A stretch of 64,000 bases of DNA from an uncultured virus (IMG/VR IMGVR_UViG_3300012041_000021) (taxonomy: Duplodnaviria; Heunggongvirae; Uroviricota; Caudoviricetes), in the IMG/VR virus record IMGVR_UViG_3300012041_000021, one strand, 5' to 3'. The notes under the pieces are model-generated. The model saw only the letters and a list, made by a program, of their open reading frames with translations. It searched no databases and had not been told where the DNA came from. Positions 10,437 through 19,801 of the stretch are shown one piece after another; positions within the stretch are counted from its first letter, which is position 1, and each line of letters starts with the position of its first letter. A program made the translations under genes and the position numbers.

Positions 10437-11034
10437 GAATACTACACCGTATAGCCCAACTACTCAAGGAGTAGGTTATACAGGAGAGGGTAGACATGTT
10501 TGTTACATTAATGGTAAAGTTACTAAAATGTTTGACGTTTGGTCTAAAATATTTCAAAGAAGTTATAGTAAGCACTACCACAAACGATATCCTACATATG
10601 TTGGCTGCTCTGTAGATGAAAAATGGCACTGTTTTCAAGACTTTGGAGATTGGTTTGAGGAAAATTATAAGCCTGAATATATGCAAAATTGGGAGTTAGA
10701 TAAAGATATTATAGTTAACAGTAATAAAATTTATTCTACCAACACATGTGCCTTTGTTCCAAAAGAGGTCAATTACTTATTTAAAAGTACTAAAAGTTTT
10801 AGGGGTGACTGTCCTATAGGGGTGCGTAAACAAGGTGATAAATTTGTAGCCACTATTAGAATAAATAATAAGCAAACGTATTTAGGTAGTTTTTCTACTA
10901 TGGAAGCGGCATTCCTCTCTTTTAAAACAGCAAAAGAGAAGTATATTAAAGAAGTTGCAGATAAGTATAAAGACACACTAGACCCACAAGTTTACAAGTC
11001 AATGTATAGTTATGAAATTAAAATAACAGATTAA
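10429..11034 (+). CDS. HNH-like homing endonuclease with C-terminal AP2 domain
   Basis: YPTYVGCSV..W..FQDF..W, LDKDII..NKIYS..TCAFVP..VN; AP2-like PIGV...YLGSFST.EAA; start at ATG 10429 overlaps the RHH stop. Confidence 0.75.
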   Translation: MAKNTTPYSPTTQGVGYTGEGRHVCYINGKVTKMFDVWSKIFQRSYSKHYHKRYPTYVGCSVDEKWHCFQDFGDWFEENYKPEYMQNWELDKDIIVNSNKIYSTNTCAFVPKEVNYLFKSTKSFRGDCPIGVRKQGDKFVATIRINNKQTYLGSFSTMEAAFLSFKTAKEKYIKEVADKYKDTLDPQVYKSMYSYEIKITD

Positions 11035-11056
11035 TTTAAAATATTATTTAATTTAG

Positions 11057-11610
11057 TTGCACATGTCAAAACTTATTTGTACTTTTGCACTTTAAATAGA
11101 AACATCAATAGTTTATTAGTTGTGAAGAGCTGAAAACTATTATACAATATTAATACTTACGACACCCACTTTAACATTCAAGCTTAACCCTCTCTTCACT
11201 TAAGGGGTTTTGCCATGAATGTTTTAGTGGGTTTCGACGTTTTATGATGTGGGGCTACGAGGAATCGTTCACATTGCGGGAGTTTAATTACTCCTTAAGC
11301 TAAAAGGAAGCGAGTGCATACTTAGTATGTTGAACTCTCCTGAGAGCTGCGCTATGCAGCAAAATTAAAAATATAAAGTTATCCCAAGGAGCAGGAGCTT
11401 TAGCTCCACTAAAAATAAAATCCTAACTGTGAGGCTGAAAGCCGAAGTCGCGAAGCGGTTACTACTACGAAGCACACTGAAGAAAACAGTTAAAGAATGT
11501 AATTCTAAAACGGACTACGAAGCGAAGCGTAGTAGAACGGTTTAGCTCCGTCCGAGTAGGACATTCTTTGAACACAAAACAGTTGTTCTTTTTTAGCTGT
11601 TTTAAAGTAG
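11057..11610 (+). ncRNA. Structured non-coding locus A (promoter + kissing-loop hairpins + GNA mini-hairpins)
   Basis: No ORF of 60 aa or more; promoter 33/36 identical to that at 46611; many perfect hairpins; see findings. Confidence 0.6.
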
Positions 11611-11615
11611 AATTA

Positions 11616-11647
11616 TTTGGTAGTCTCGTTTTTATTTTGTATATTTG
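11616..11647 (+). promoter_or_regulatory. Bacteroidota sigma70-type promoter
   Basis: TTTGGTAGTCTCG...TATATTTG; same upstream string at 16818. Confidence 0.75.
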
Positions 11648-11673
11648 CAGTCTAAAATACTTAACAGTTAATT

Positions 11674-13635
11674 ATGTACAATTACTATTTGATTACTTTT
11701 CGCGGAAACATAAAAACAGAAGTGGATAAATTACCGTTGACTTTACTTTCTAAATATGTTGAATCAACAGATAAAACCGACGTGATGGTTTTTGTGAATA
11801 ATGGAAAGGAGTTTGAGATTATAAAATCTATTTATTCTCCTTTCGGGCGATTTTTAAAAACAGAATATTTTCCAATTGTAAAACAGAAAGAAAATGGAAG
11901 AAATAGAAAATAAAGATTTTATAAAATGCCAAAATTTTCTATTAGAAAAAGGGTTTTATGTAGAGGGTGCTACATATATAGGATACGGTAAATACGAATT
12001 TAAAGAGCATTGGTGCGCATACGATAAATTAGGTATACATACTATACATAAAATAACAGCTTGGGTAGACGATGGTGAGGTAGAGTACTTTACAAAAGTA
12101 ATAGGTATGTGCGCTAATGACTAAAAAAACGACTGAAGAAAAAATAGTAATAAAACAGTTTAAAGACGGTTCTAGCAACTATTGGGTAGACGGAAAACAT
12201 TACTACTTAGATAAAAACAATGAAGTACACTTTGCCGCCGGAGGAATAGACACTGAAGAATTACGCGAAGCTCTTCGTCAATTTATAAAACGAAATAAAA
12301 AGGTCTACAAACCACGCGAAGTAGTAGCTGAAAATAGAGTGTATGAAGCATTATTTTCTTTCGGTAAACACAATGGTCGGACGACTTATGAAGTCTTCTT
12401 AGACGAGCCAAAATACTGCTTGTGGGTGTGGGAGAACTATACGTTTAAAAGCGGAGATGAAAAATTAAAGATGGAATTAAAAGAACTCTTAAGAAAATAG
12501 TATGAAACTAAAAATAGTTGAAGCAGACTACGGTTTGTTTTATGTAATGGTAAAGCTCAATTGGTACAGTAAATGGAAAGTTATTGATTATAATAATCAT
12601 CAATTTAAAACATACAAATCTGTTAACGATTATTGGAAAGACTACGATACTACTTTTAACGATACTTATCAAAAAGCTGATGAATTATTAAAAAAATACA
12701 AGAACAACTATGGAATTTAAATATTGGAGAACATCAAATCACGAACCAAAAACTGTAAGTATAGATACACTAGAAGAATTGTTAGAATTTTGCGAAGCTA
12801 GATGTACAGAGGTTATTATTATATCTAATAGTGATGGTACAGTTAGTTTAGAAATCTACGACAATTATAGAGAGTAATTATGGACGACGAACAAATGTTA
12901 AAACTTTACATGGAAGGGTTTAATGACGAACTGAATGGAACAGCTCAAAGTAATGTGAAACATTTAATGTTTAAGCAGTATAGAATTGGAGCTGACCATG
13001 CGTTGTTAGGCGACGATAACAGAAACCTAGATTACTTGTCTAATGAAGAAATATTAAATTTAATACGTTAATGAAAAACGAGTAATTATGGGGATGTTTA
13101 TAAAATTTAACTGTATGGGCTGCGATGAAAGCCCTTGCACTTGTGAACCAATCGTACAAGAGAGCTTACCAAGTTATAAATCAAAATGTGAACCCTCTGT
13201 TCAGGAATTAGATTGTGTTTTGCAAAACGGGTATACATATCTAATAAACATAGTAACTGAAGATGGTGTAGCCTATAAAAGAGCTACACACGATTATAGT
13301 GAGGAAAGTATTTTAGAAGGAGATTATAAAATAGTGGGGCATAGAGTAAAATGAAAAACGAGATATTATATAAGGTAGGGATTTACATTTCAGATTTCTT
13401 TTTCCCGCCCTCGGCAGTATATCAAAAAGAAAGGTATCTAAAAAGATATGGTAGACCTGATGAATGTCTGTTTTTTTATGGTAAAGGGACATGGACTGAT
13501 GTATGCGTGTTAAGTGGAAACAATTTCTATAAAAAACTAGCAGAGTTTGGTGTCAGTCCTTTTTGTGTTCAGATGAGAAAAGATATAAAAGAAAAAGGGA
13601 GTTTTTGCCCAAGTGATTATGGCTACAAAATATAA
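11674..13635 (+). other. Cluster of ~8 small hypothetical CDSs; 12117-12500 has a C-terminal FGKH-x-G...YCLW (DUF3820/ExoX C-terminal-like) motif
   Basis: Abutting or overlapping plus-strand ORFs from the track. Confidence 0.65.
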
Positions 13636-14047
13636 AAAAATAGATTACAACGACGAAGATTTAGAGCAATACACGCATAGCGACTTGAAAAAGATTTGCG
13701 ACTATTGGTTAAGACACTATTTATTAAATCAAAACAAGAGCGACTATTATTTATGCCCACTTAAAGGTAGAAGGTATAGAGCAGATAAAATCCATGTAGC
13801 GCATTTCATTGACAGACAGTGCATGAACACTCGTTACGATTTAGATAACTGTAACCTAATCTCTTCAGATTCAAATACTTGGGATGCTCAAGTCCCTAAA
13901 GAGGGCTACAAATCCTTACACCATTATGATTATGAAATGTGGTTAGGAGAAGAAAAAGTGAAAAAACTTTTGGATATGTCCCAAGTAATCCGTATCTTTG
14001 CCAAAGAAGATTACATAGAACTAATAGAAAAATATAGAAATGGCTGA
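13613..14047 (+). CDS. NinG/Rap-like HNH-fold recombination endonuclease
   Basis: CPL...HVAHFIDR....TRYDLDNC pattern; upstream of recA. Confidence 0.65.
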   Translation: MIMATKYKKIDYNDEDLEQYTHSDLKKICDYWLRHYLLNQNKSDYYLCPLKGRRYRADKIHVAHFIDRQCMNTRYDLDNCNLISSDSNTWDAQVPKEGYKSLHHYDYEMWLGEEKVKKLLDMSQVIRIFAKEDYIELIEKYRNG

Positions 14048-14456
14048 TAACACACACCCTTTTTTCGTTCTTTCCGATTTGATTGATACGTTCAACACCG
14101 GAAGAAACTCAATGACTTTAAGCGAGTTGCAAGATTTGCGAGAAAATATCGCTTTGAATCTGTTTTATTTAAGCGACGCAGTAAGTCAAACAATTGCCAA
14201 CGCAGAGAGCAGTGACTACAACAGAAAAAGATTTTACGCGGAAAAAGAAGAATACTATAGAAACGAAATCGACGAGAGAACAGGAAAGAATTTCAACGTA
14301 GCAGATTCGGAAAGAAAAGCTAGAATAGATTCTAAGGAAGTTGATGATGCTTGCGCTCACGCTTTCAAACAAAAAGAACGAGCTAGACTAATCGTTTTAG
14401 CAGTTCAACAAATTTTAAACAGTATTTCAGGAAGAATTTCACAATTAACAAAATAG
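14040..14456 (+). CDS. Helical protein, possible UvsY-like recombination mediator
   Basis: All-helical 138 aa directly upstream of recA; function inferred from position. Confidence 0.35.
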   Translation: MADNTHPFFVLSDLIDTFNTGRNSMTLSELQDLRENIALNLFYLSDAVSQTIANAESSDYNRKRFYAEKEEYYRNEIDERTGKNFNVADSERKARIDSKEVDDACAHAFKQKERARLIVLAVQQILNSISGRISQLTK

Positions 14457-14459
14457 AAA

Positions 14460-15455
14460 ATGGCAAAAAAAGACGGGGTAGATAAAGCGTTTGACAAAGT
14501 AGAATTTTTATATGCCAAGGGTGCTATAGTAAATTTAGCAGAAAATCCAAGATATGCTGTACAAGCATCAACCAATAGACCAAGTATTGATTACGTAACA
14601 GATGGTGGGCTTCCTAGAGGGAGAATGATATTAATTGCAGGAGAACCTAGTGCAGGGAAAAGTTCATTTACTATTCAGGTTTCAGAAGAAGTTGGTAAGA
14701 AGATTCTATATATGGATACAGAAGCAACACTGACTACCGATTACATTGAAGATTTAGGTGCGAACCCTGCTAATTTCTCTCACTGTATTCCTGAAACTAC
14801 GGAACAGATGTGTGATATTATGAGACAACAAATGCCTAACTTTGACGTTATAATCGTTGACTCTATTAATAACTCTGCTTCCGGGGAACAAATTCAAAAA
14901 ACAGCAGGAGAAAAAACTATGGCAAATCGTGCAAATGTTTTGTCAAGTCAACTTCCAATTTTAATTGGTTTAGCTAATCAGTACAATACCACTTTAATTA
15001 TTTTATCTCAAGTTAGAGATAATATGAACAAGGCAAATAAGTATAGTCCTGATACAGTAATACCGGGAGGTAACTGCTTGCACCATAACAGTTCTATGAC
15101 TTTAGAACTTTTCAAGTCTTCTAAGAAAGAAAAAGAAGAAAAAGGAGGTCTAGGTAATAAAGATAAAGTTGTTGAAGGAAACATGGTACGTATCAAGTGT
15201 ACTAAGAATAAAGTGGGAGTAGTAAATAGAGAAGTTACAGTAGAATTTCTTTATGGTAAAGGTTATACAATTGAAGCTGACGTTGCTTCTGCTGCTTTAA
15301 GATTAGGTATTTTAGAGAGAGCCGGAAGTTGGATTAAATATGATGGTACTACAATCGCTCAAGGGCTTGATAATTTAGTACCTATGTTATTTGATAACCC
15401 TGATTTATTAGAAGCGTTAAAAGTGGCGATAAAAGAAAAACAAACAGAAGAATAA
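14460..15455 (+). CDS. recA: RecA/UvsX recombinase
   Basis: GGLPRGR, Walker A GEPSAGKS, YMDTE, IIVDS, SQVRD, PGG, KNKVG, GSWIKY. Confidence 0.95.
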   Translation: MAKKDGVDKAFDKVEFLYAKGAIVNLAENPRYAVQASTNRPSIDYVTDGGLPRGRMILIAGEPSAGKSSFTIQVSEEVGKKILYMDTEATLTTDYIEDLGANPANFSHCIPETTEQMCDIMRQQMPNFDVIIVDSINNSASGEQIQKTAGEKTMANRANVLSSQLPILIGLANQYNTTLIILSQVRDNMNKANKYSPDTVIPGGNCLHHNSSMTLELFKSSKKEKEEKGGLGNKDKVVEGNMVRIKCTKNKVGVVNREVTVEFLYGKGYTIEADVASAALRLGILERAGSWIKYDGTTIAQGLDNLVPMLFDNPDLLEALKVAIKEKQTEE

Positions 15456-16405
15456 TGGCAGTATTTAAAGTAGTAGCTAGAGACCCTAAAACAAAGAGAC
15501 AAACTAGAAAAAAAGTTTATGTTGGAGAAGCTTTTACCAAGTACTCTGAAAAGCTTATAAACCGTTGGGTACGAACAGCAGATATAGAGATTTATGAATT
15601 TAAAGATAGTATCGGAGACTACGAACTTTGGTACACTAAAACACAAGAATAATGGAAAATTATAAAACACCGACAGAAATTATAAGTAATCAAGACCATG
15701 AAGAAGAGTTGTGGTGTGTACATGAATATTTAAATAAGTTATGTGTCCCGCAAAGTAAAAACGGTTTTGAGTTAAGTATAGTTGGCAGAGTTATGGCATA
15801 TCAAAAAATGACTCATGACGATGCATATAATCAAATAAATAAATAAACAGAGATGATTATAGCATTTATAGTATTTTACTTATTCGTCGGAATGATGGTA
15901 AGTCAGTCAGCCTCCACAATTGTTGGGGGCGAAAATCTAAATAAAACAGTTTCTATCTTAATTAAGTATGTACTGATTCCTTTGGGTTGGTTCTTCTTTT
16001 TATTTTATCAAACGTTTTTAGCCGGAGAAGATGAAGAGTAGTATCATTGAAGATTTGAGAGACTACCTTAAGGGATTGGAAGAATTTCACAGAGCAAAAG
16101 AAAGAAAAATTAGAGACGAGATAAACATCTTAGAAAAAGAGAAGGGTATCAAGTGCTACACTATAGGCACTTCTAATTTAGGTCACGACAGAACACTACA
16201 TACTGTACAAACAGAAGCTTCTATAGAGGACTTACTCTACATAGACCATAAATACGGTATGAAGTACAGACACGAATCTACAACTATAGAACAAATGAAA
16301 GCCGGAGCTAAAGAAGAAGGTTTTAATTTTTTCGTAACACATTCAGAAGTTTCACAAAAACATGACGTAAAATTAGATTATTTTTGCAATTATGGCAACT
16401 ACTAA
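15455..16405 (+). other. Four small hypothetical CDSs (one hydrophobic)
   Basis: Tightly packed ORFs at 15455, 15652, 15853, 16031. Confidence 0.6.
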
Positions 16406-16814
16406 AAAGAAAACACCGCAATGGACTTTTAACGGGAGAACTATCGACGACATTGATAAGACTCCCGAAGGGTCTATCTCTTTCATTTACCGGATAACTT
16501 TAGAAGATGGAAGATACTATATAGGACGAAAGATGATGATGAAACCGAAATACACTAGTGGTAAAATGAAGGGTCAATCAAAAGGAGAGTATTCGTGGAA
16601 AACTTATAAAGGTTCTTCCAAAGAACTACTTGAAGTTTTAAAGTCCGGTATAGAATACAAGAAAGAAATCATTCAGTTTTGCTTTTCAAAGGCTGAAACA
16701 ACTTATGAAGAGACTAAAGCTATTCTCTGCACCGGAGCTTTAACAGACCCTAAAGCATTTAATTTTTGGGTTAAAGCAACTATTTATTCAAGACACTTAG
16801 AAGAAAACAGTTAA
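16392..16814 (+). CDS. GIY-YIG nuclease
   Basis: FIYRIT...YYIGRK, Y.GSS, conserved E and N. Confidence 0.75.
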   Translation: MATTKKKTPQWTFNGRTIDDIDKTPEGSISFIYRITLEDGRYYIGRKMMMKPKYTSGKMKGQSKGEYSWKTYKGSSKELLEVLKSGIEYKKEIIQFCFSKAETTYEETKAILCTGALTDPKAFNFWVKATIYSRHLEENS

Positions 16815-16817
16815 GGA

Positions 16818-16849
16818 TTTGGTAGTCTCGAATTAAATGCTTATATTTG
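16818..16849 (+). promoter_or_regulatory. Bacteroidota sigma70-type promoter
   Basis: TTTG...TATATTTG upstream of phoH. Confidence 0.75.
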
Positions 16850-16873
16850 CACTTCAAAATAACCAATTAAAAT

Positions 16874-17644
16874 ATGGCAATAGTAAGAACAAAAAAACAA
16901 CCTGTAAAAAAGGAGTCTAAAAAAGAAAAAGTCGTAGAACACGGCTTAGTTTCAAATAAGACTTTTAAAAAAGCAGAACTTAAACCACAGCAAAAACCTG
17001 TAGCTAACTTTTTAAGAGAAAACGACATCTCTATTATTTTAAGCGATGCAGGTTGCGCGAAAGATTTCGTCCAAATGTTTAGAGCTATAGAGGGCTTGAA
17101 AGATAAAGAGTTTGATAAAATCATTATTTGTAAACCTATAGTAGAATCAGGACGCTCTATTGGATTTCTACCGGGCGACCTTAAAGAAAAAACAGATGTG
17201 TATTTACAATCTTTCTATGACAACATAGCTAAGATTGTCGGTAAGGAAGGAGTTAATGCTCTTAAAAGCAAGATACAGTTTGAACATGTAGGTTTTCAAA
17301 GAGGTAACACTTTCCCGGAACGAAGCATTATAATCCTTTCAGAGGTACAGAATTTAACAGCTTCTGAAGCACACACTTACATTACTAGATTACCGCAGTC
17401 GTCTAAAATGTTTATCAATGGAGATGCAAGTCAAAGTGACTTAGGAATGAAGTCAGGATTAAACGATTTCTTAGAATCTGTAAGTGGTGTTAACGGTATT
17501 GGGATAGCTTTACTAGACCCTATAAAACACCAAATGCGCCGAAAAGAAATTATAGAAATCACTAAAAATTATATAGAGATTCAAAAGAGAAAAGGACATT
17601 TCTTTGAATTAGATAAAAGTAAGTTTGATTATATCATACTTTAG
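16874..17644 (+). CDS. phoH: PhoH-family protein with degenerate Walker motifs
   Basis: KPIVESG.SIGFLPGDLKEK, RGNTF, E.QN, TRL, NGD.SQSD. Confidence 0.85.
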   Translation: MAIVRTKKQPVKKESKKEKVVEHGLVSNKTFKKAELKPQQKPVANFLRENDISIILSDAGCAKDFVQMFRAIEGLKDKEFDKIIICKPIVESGRSIGFLPGDLKEKTDVYLQSFYDNIAKIVGKEGVNALKSKIQFEHVGFQRGNTFPERSIIILSEVQNLTASEAHTYITRLPQSSKMFINGDASQSDLGMKSGLNDFLESVSGVNGIGIALLDPIKHQMRRKEIIEITKNYIEIQKRKGHFFELDKSKFDYIIL

Positions 17645-17844
17645 TAGTAAACTGTTGGATGTAAAAGAAGCCTGATAAGGGGGTTGGCACTACTATAACC
17701 TAGGCAGCTCCATGAGCGCAGAAGGTGGTGCTGAATTACTACTTAAACAATCCACATCGGTACTCTCGACCATGCGCGAGGTGAATATCAACAGAGAGTT
17801 TTGTACACAGCGAAGATTAGTTCCCGCTTAGTGACATGTGGATT
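17643..17844 (+). ncRNA. Candidate structured RNA with two ~100-nt domains
   Basis: Closing stems AGTAGTAA/TTACTACT and AATCCACAT/ATGTGGATT with internal hairpins; GC-enriched; no ORF. Confidence 0.45.
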
Positions 17845-17848
17845 TTTA

Positions 17849-17904
17849 AATTATAGGTAACAGACACGATAAAGATTAATTATAGGTTATAAACACGATA
17901 AACA
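17849..17904 (+). repeat. Imperfect 29-bp-period tandem repeat
   Basis: AATTATAGGTAACAGACACGATAAAGA / AATTATAGGTTATAAACACGATAAACA. Confidence 0.7.
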
Positions 17905-17906
17905 CA

Positions 17907-18935
17907 ATGACAAAGTTTCACGGTAATTTCGTCTACCATCTTGACGGAAAAGAAATTGATATGTCTAAATTAGAGACTTTCAATAATATAAATTACACAA
18001 CATACGTTGATGGACGTAATGTTTATTTCACAACTGTTGCGGACACATCTTTAAACACTCCTGTGTCGTATGCAGCCAAAAAACTAGAAGAGGAAACCTT
18101 AAACAGTTTGAAAGGTAAGTTTGCAAAAGCTATAGACCGGACAGAGAAATTGGACGAAGCTAAATCTAAAAGTGAAGCTCCTCCTTTAGGACATCCTGAC
18201 GTAGAGAAATATTACGTTATAGAAATGTTAGAATCCCCTTCATGGGAATTAATTGGCAACTTGGTTACAGAACCTACCAAATTCGTTTCACAAGAGGAAA
18301 AAGATATTGCTAACTTTTGTGATGCTATGAAATCTATGGTTCTAAAAGACGAAGCCGGGCATTGGTCGCGCGAGAAAAGCAGTAAAGGTAAAACTGTAGA
18401 AACAGTTCATTACAACCCTTTCAATGAAAAAGATTATTGTGCTAAGAAAGAAAGAGCTAGAGAAGCAGCTAAAGGAAACGCATGTGACACTTGGCACAAA
18501 AAGCAAAAGAGCAACGGACTAGCCGCTAAGAGTATGTTAGACATGATTAGAGAAGCAGGTAAGGTAAACCCTTATAACTTGCACACAAAGAGTGAAGAGT
18601 TTGAAGACTACAGTTGGAATAAGGAAGTGACAACTGACGCAGGAGTAAAAGAATCACAAACAACTAAAAAAGCACCTGTATTTACTTTTTGTAAACAGAT
18701 GAAAAACGCTATAGAACAGTTAGCACTTAGAACAGAGTATGGGCACAATAAATATTTACAGCATGATGCAGACTACAATAATTTTGCTAGAGTTCCTAAT
18801 GGAGACGAAGAGTATGGAAATGCTGTGTTTAGGCACGCATTGGGTCTAGGAGATGATTCTGAATTAGACCATTACGTAGCTTCGGCTTGGGATGCTATAG
18901 CAAGATTAGAAATTTATTTGAGAAAAGAAAAATAA
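17907..18935 (+). CDS. Protein with C-terminal DUF5664-like (dATP/dGTP diphosphohydrolase N-terminal) domain
   Basis: GVK....K.P...EYGHNKY...NNF...NAVFRH...H..ASAW.A pattern. Confidence 0.6.
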   Translation: MTKFHGNFVYHLDGKEIDMSKLETFNNINYTTYVDGRNVYFTTVADTSLNTPVSYAAKKLEEETLNSLKGKFAKAIDRTEKLDEAKSKSEAPPLGHPDVEKYYVIEMLESPSWELIGNLVTEPTKFVSQEEKDIANFCDAMKSMVLKDEAGHWSREKSSKGKTVETVHYNPFNEKDYCAKKERAREAAKGNACDTWHKKQKSNGLAAKSMLDMIREAGKVNPYNLHTKSEEFEDYSWNKEVTTDAGVKESQTTKKAPVFTFCKQMKNAIEQLALRTEYGHNKYLQHDADYNNFARVPNGDEEYGNAVFRHALGLGDDSELDHYVASAWDAIARLEIYLRKEK

Positions 18936-18979
18936 ATGTTGCACAGTAAAAAATAAAGTTGTATATTTGCAGAAGAAAT

Positions 18980-19075
18980 AAAGATAGGAGTTGCTCCAAA
19001 ATAACATACTCTACTACATTGGTATAGGCGCACGAAGTAGGTAAAATCTACGAGTATGTTTCTCTTATCTTTTTT
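18980..19075 (+). ncRNA. Candidate small structured RNA or leader after promoter at 18962
   Basis: AAAGATAGGAG/CTCTTATCTTT and AACATACTC/GAGTATGTT stems, followed by a T-run. Confidence 0.45.
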
Positions 19076-19096
19076 AACAATTAAAACCAAAACAAT

Positions 19097-19777
19097 TTGA
19101 TAGTAAAGTTAGAAGGAATTGTCAACGAGGAAATGGTTGACCAATTAATCGAGGCGCACAATGCTTGCCCTCCCGAAGAAGAATTACACGTTTATTTAGG
19201 CACAGACGGTGGCGCGGAAGATGATATGAACACTATCATAAACATCATTAACGAGTCAGAAAAAATTTCTGTAGTTTTTTGTACTTCAAGAGTTTTTTCA
19301 GCCGGATTCGTAATAGCAATGACTTGCATGAAACCTGTAGAGTTTGTAGAAGGTTGTTTAGGAATGTTTCACAAGGGAACGTTTTACGGAGGGATGTGGA
19401 CGGACGAGTTAAAAGTTCATAAACAAGTAAAAGACGTTATGAAACTTCATTCTAAAAAAGCTAAACAGCTTACAGAGGAAATGATAAGTTTGGGAATATT
19501 CACACCTAAAGAAGAAGAAAAACTTAGAAAAGGTAAAGACGTATATTGCAGCACTGAGCGTCTTAGAGAAATGAGACAGATTGTTTGGCAACCGATTCAA
19601 GATGAAATTGAGGCTTACATTAAAGAACAGCAAGCTCAAGAAGAAGAAGCGTTCAAATTAAGAGAGGAAGCTAAAAATAAAGAATTTAGAAAAGAAATCG
19701 AAGATATTGAAAAGAAAGTCGCAGAAGTTTGCGGCGAAGTGGTTGAAAAACCAAAAACAGTTAAGAACACTAAATAA
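19097..19777 (+). CDS. ClpP-like serine protease
   Basis: YLGTDGG, FSAG (catalytic Ser), MFH (catalytic His), KDVY; C-terminal coiled coil. Confidence 0.75.
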   Translation: MIVKLEGIVNEEMVDQLIEAHNACPPEEELHVYLGTDGGAEDDMNTIINIINESEKISVVFCTSRVFSAGFVIAMTCMKPVEFVEGCLGMFHKGTFYGGMWTDELKVHKQVKDVMKLHSKKAKQLTEEMISLGIFTPKEEEKLRKGKDVYCSTERLREMRQIVWQPIQDEIEAYIKEQQAQEEEAFKLREEAKNKEFRKEIEDIEKKVAEVCGEVVEKPKTVKNTK

Positions 19778-19801
19778 TTATAATCACTAAATTAAATTTA
19801 A

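Noticed and set aside
11057..11610. Retron msr-msd or group II intron
   Set aside because: No reverse transcriptase in the window and no clear a1/a2 repeats or domain V; a trans-acting RT elsewhere cannot be excluded
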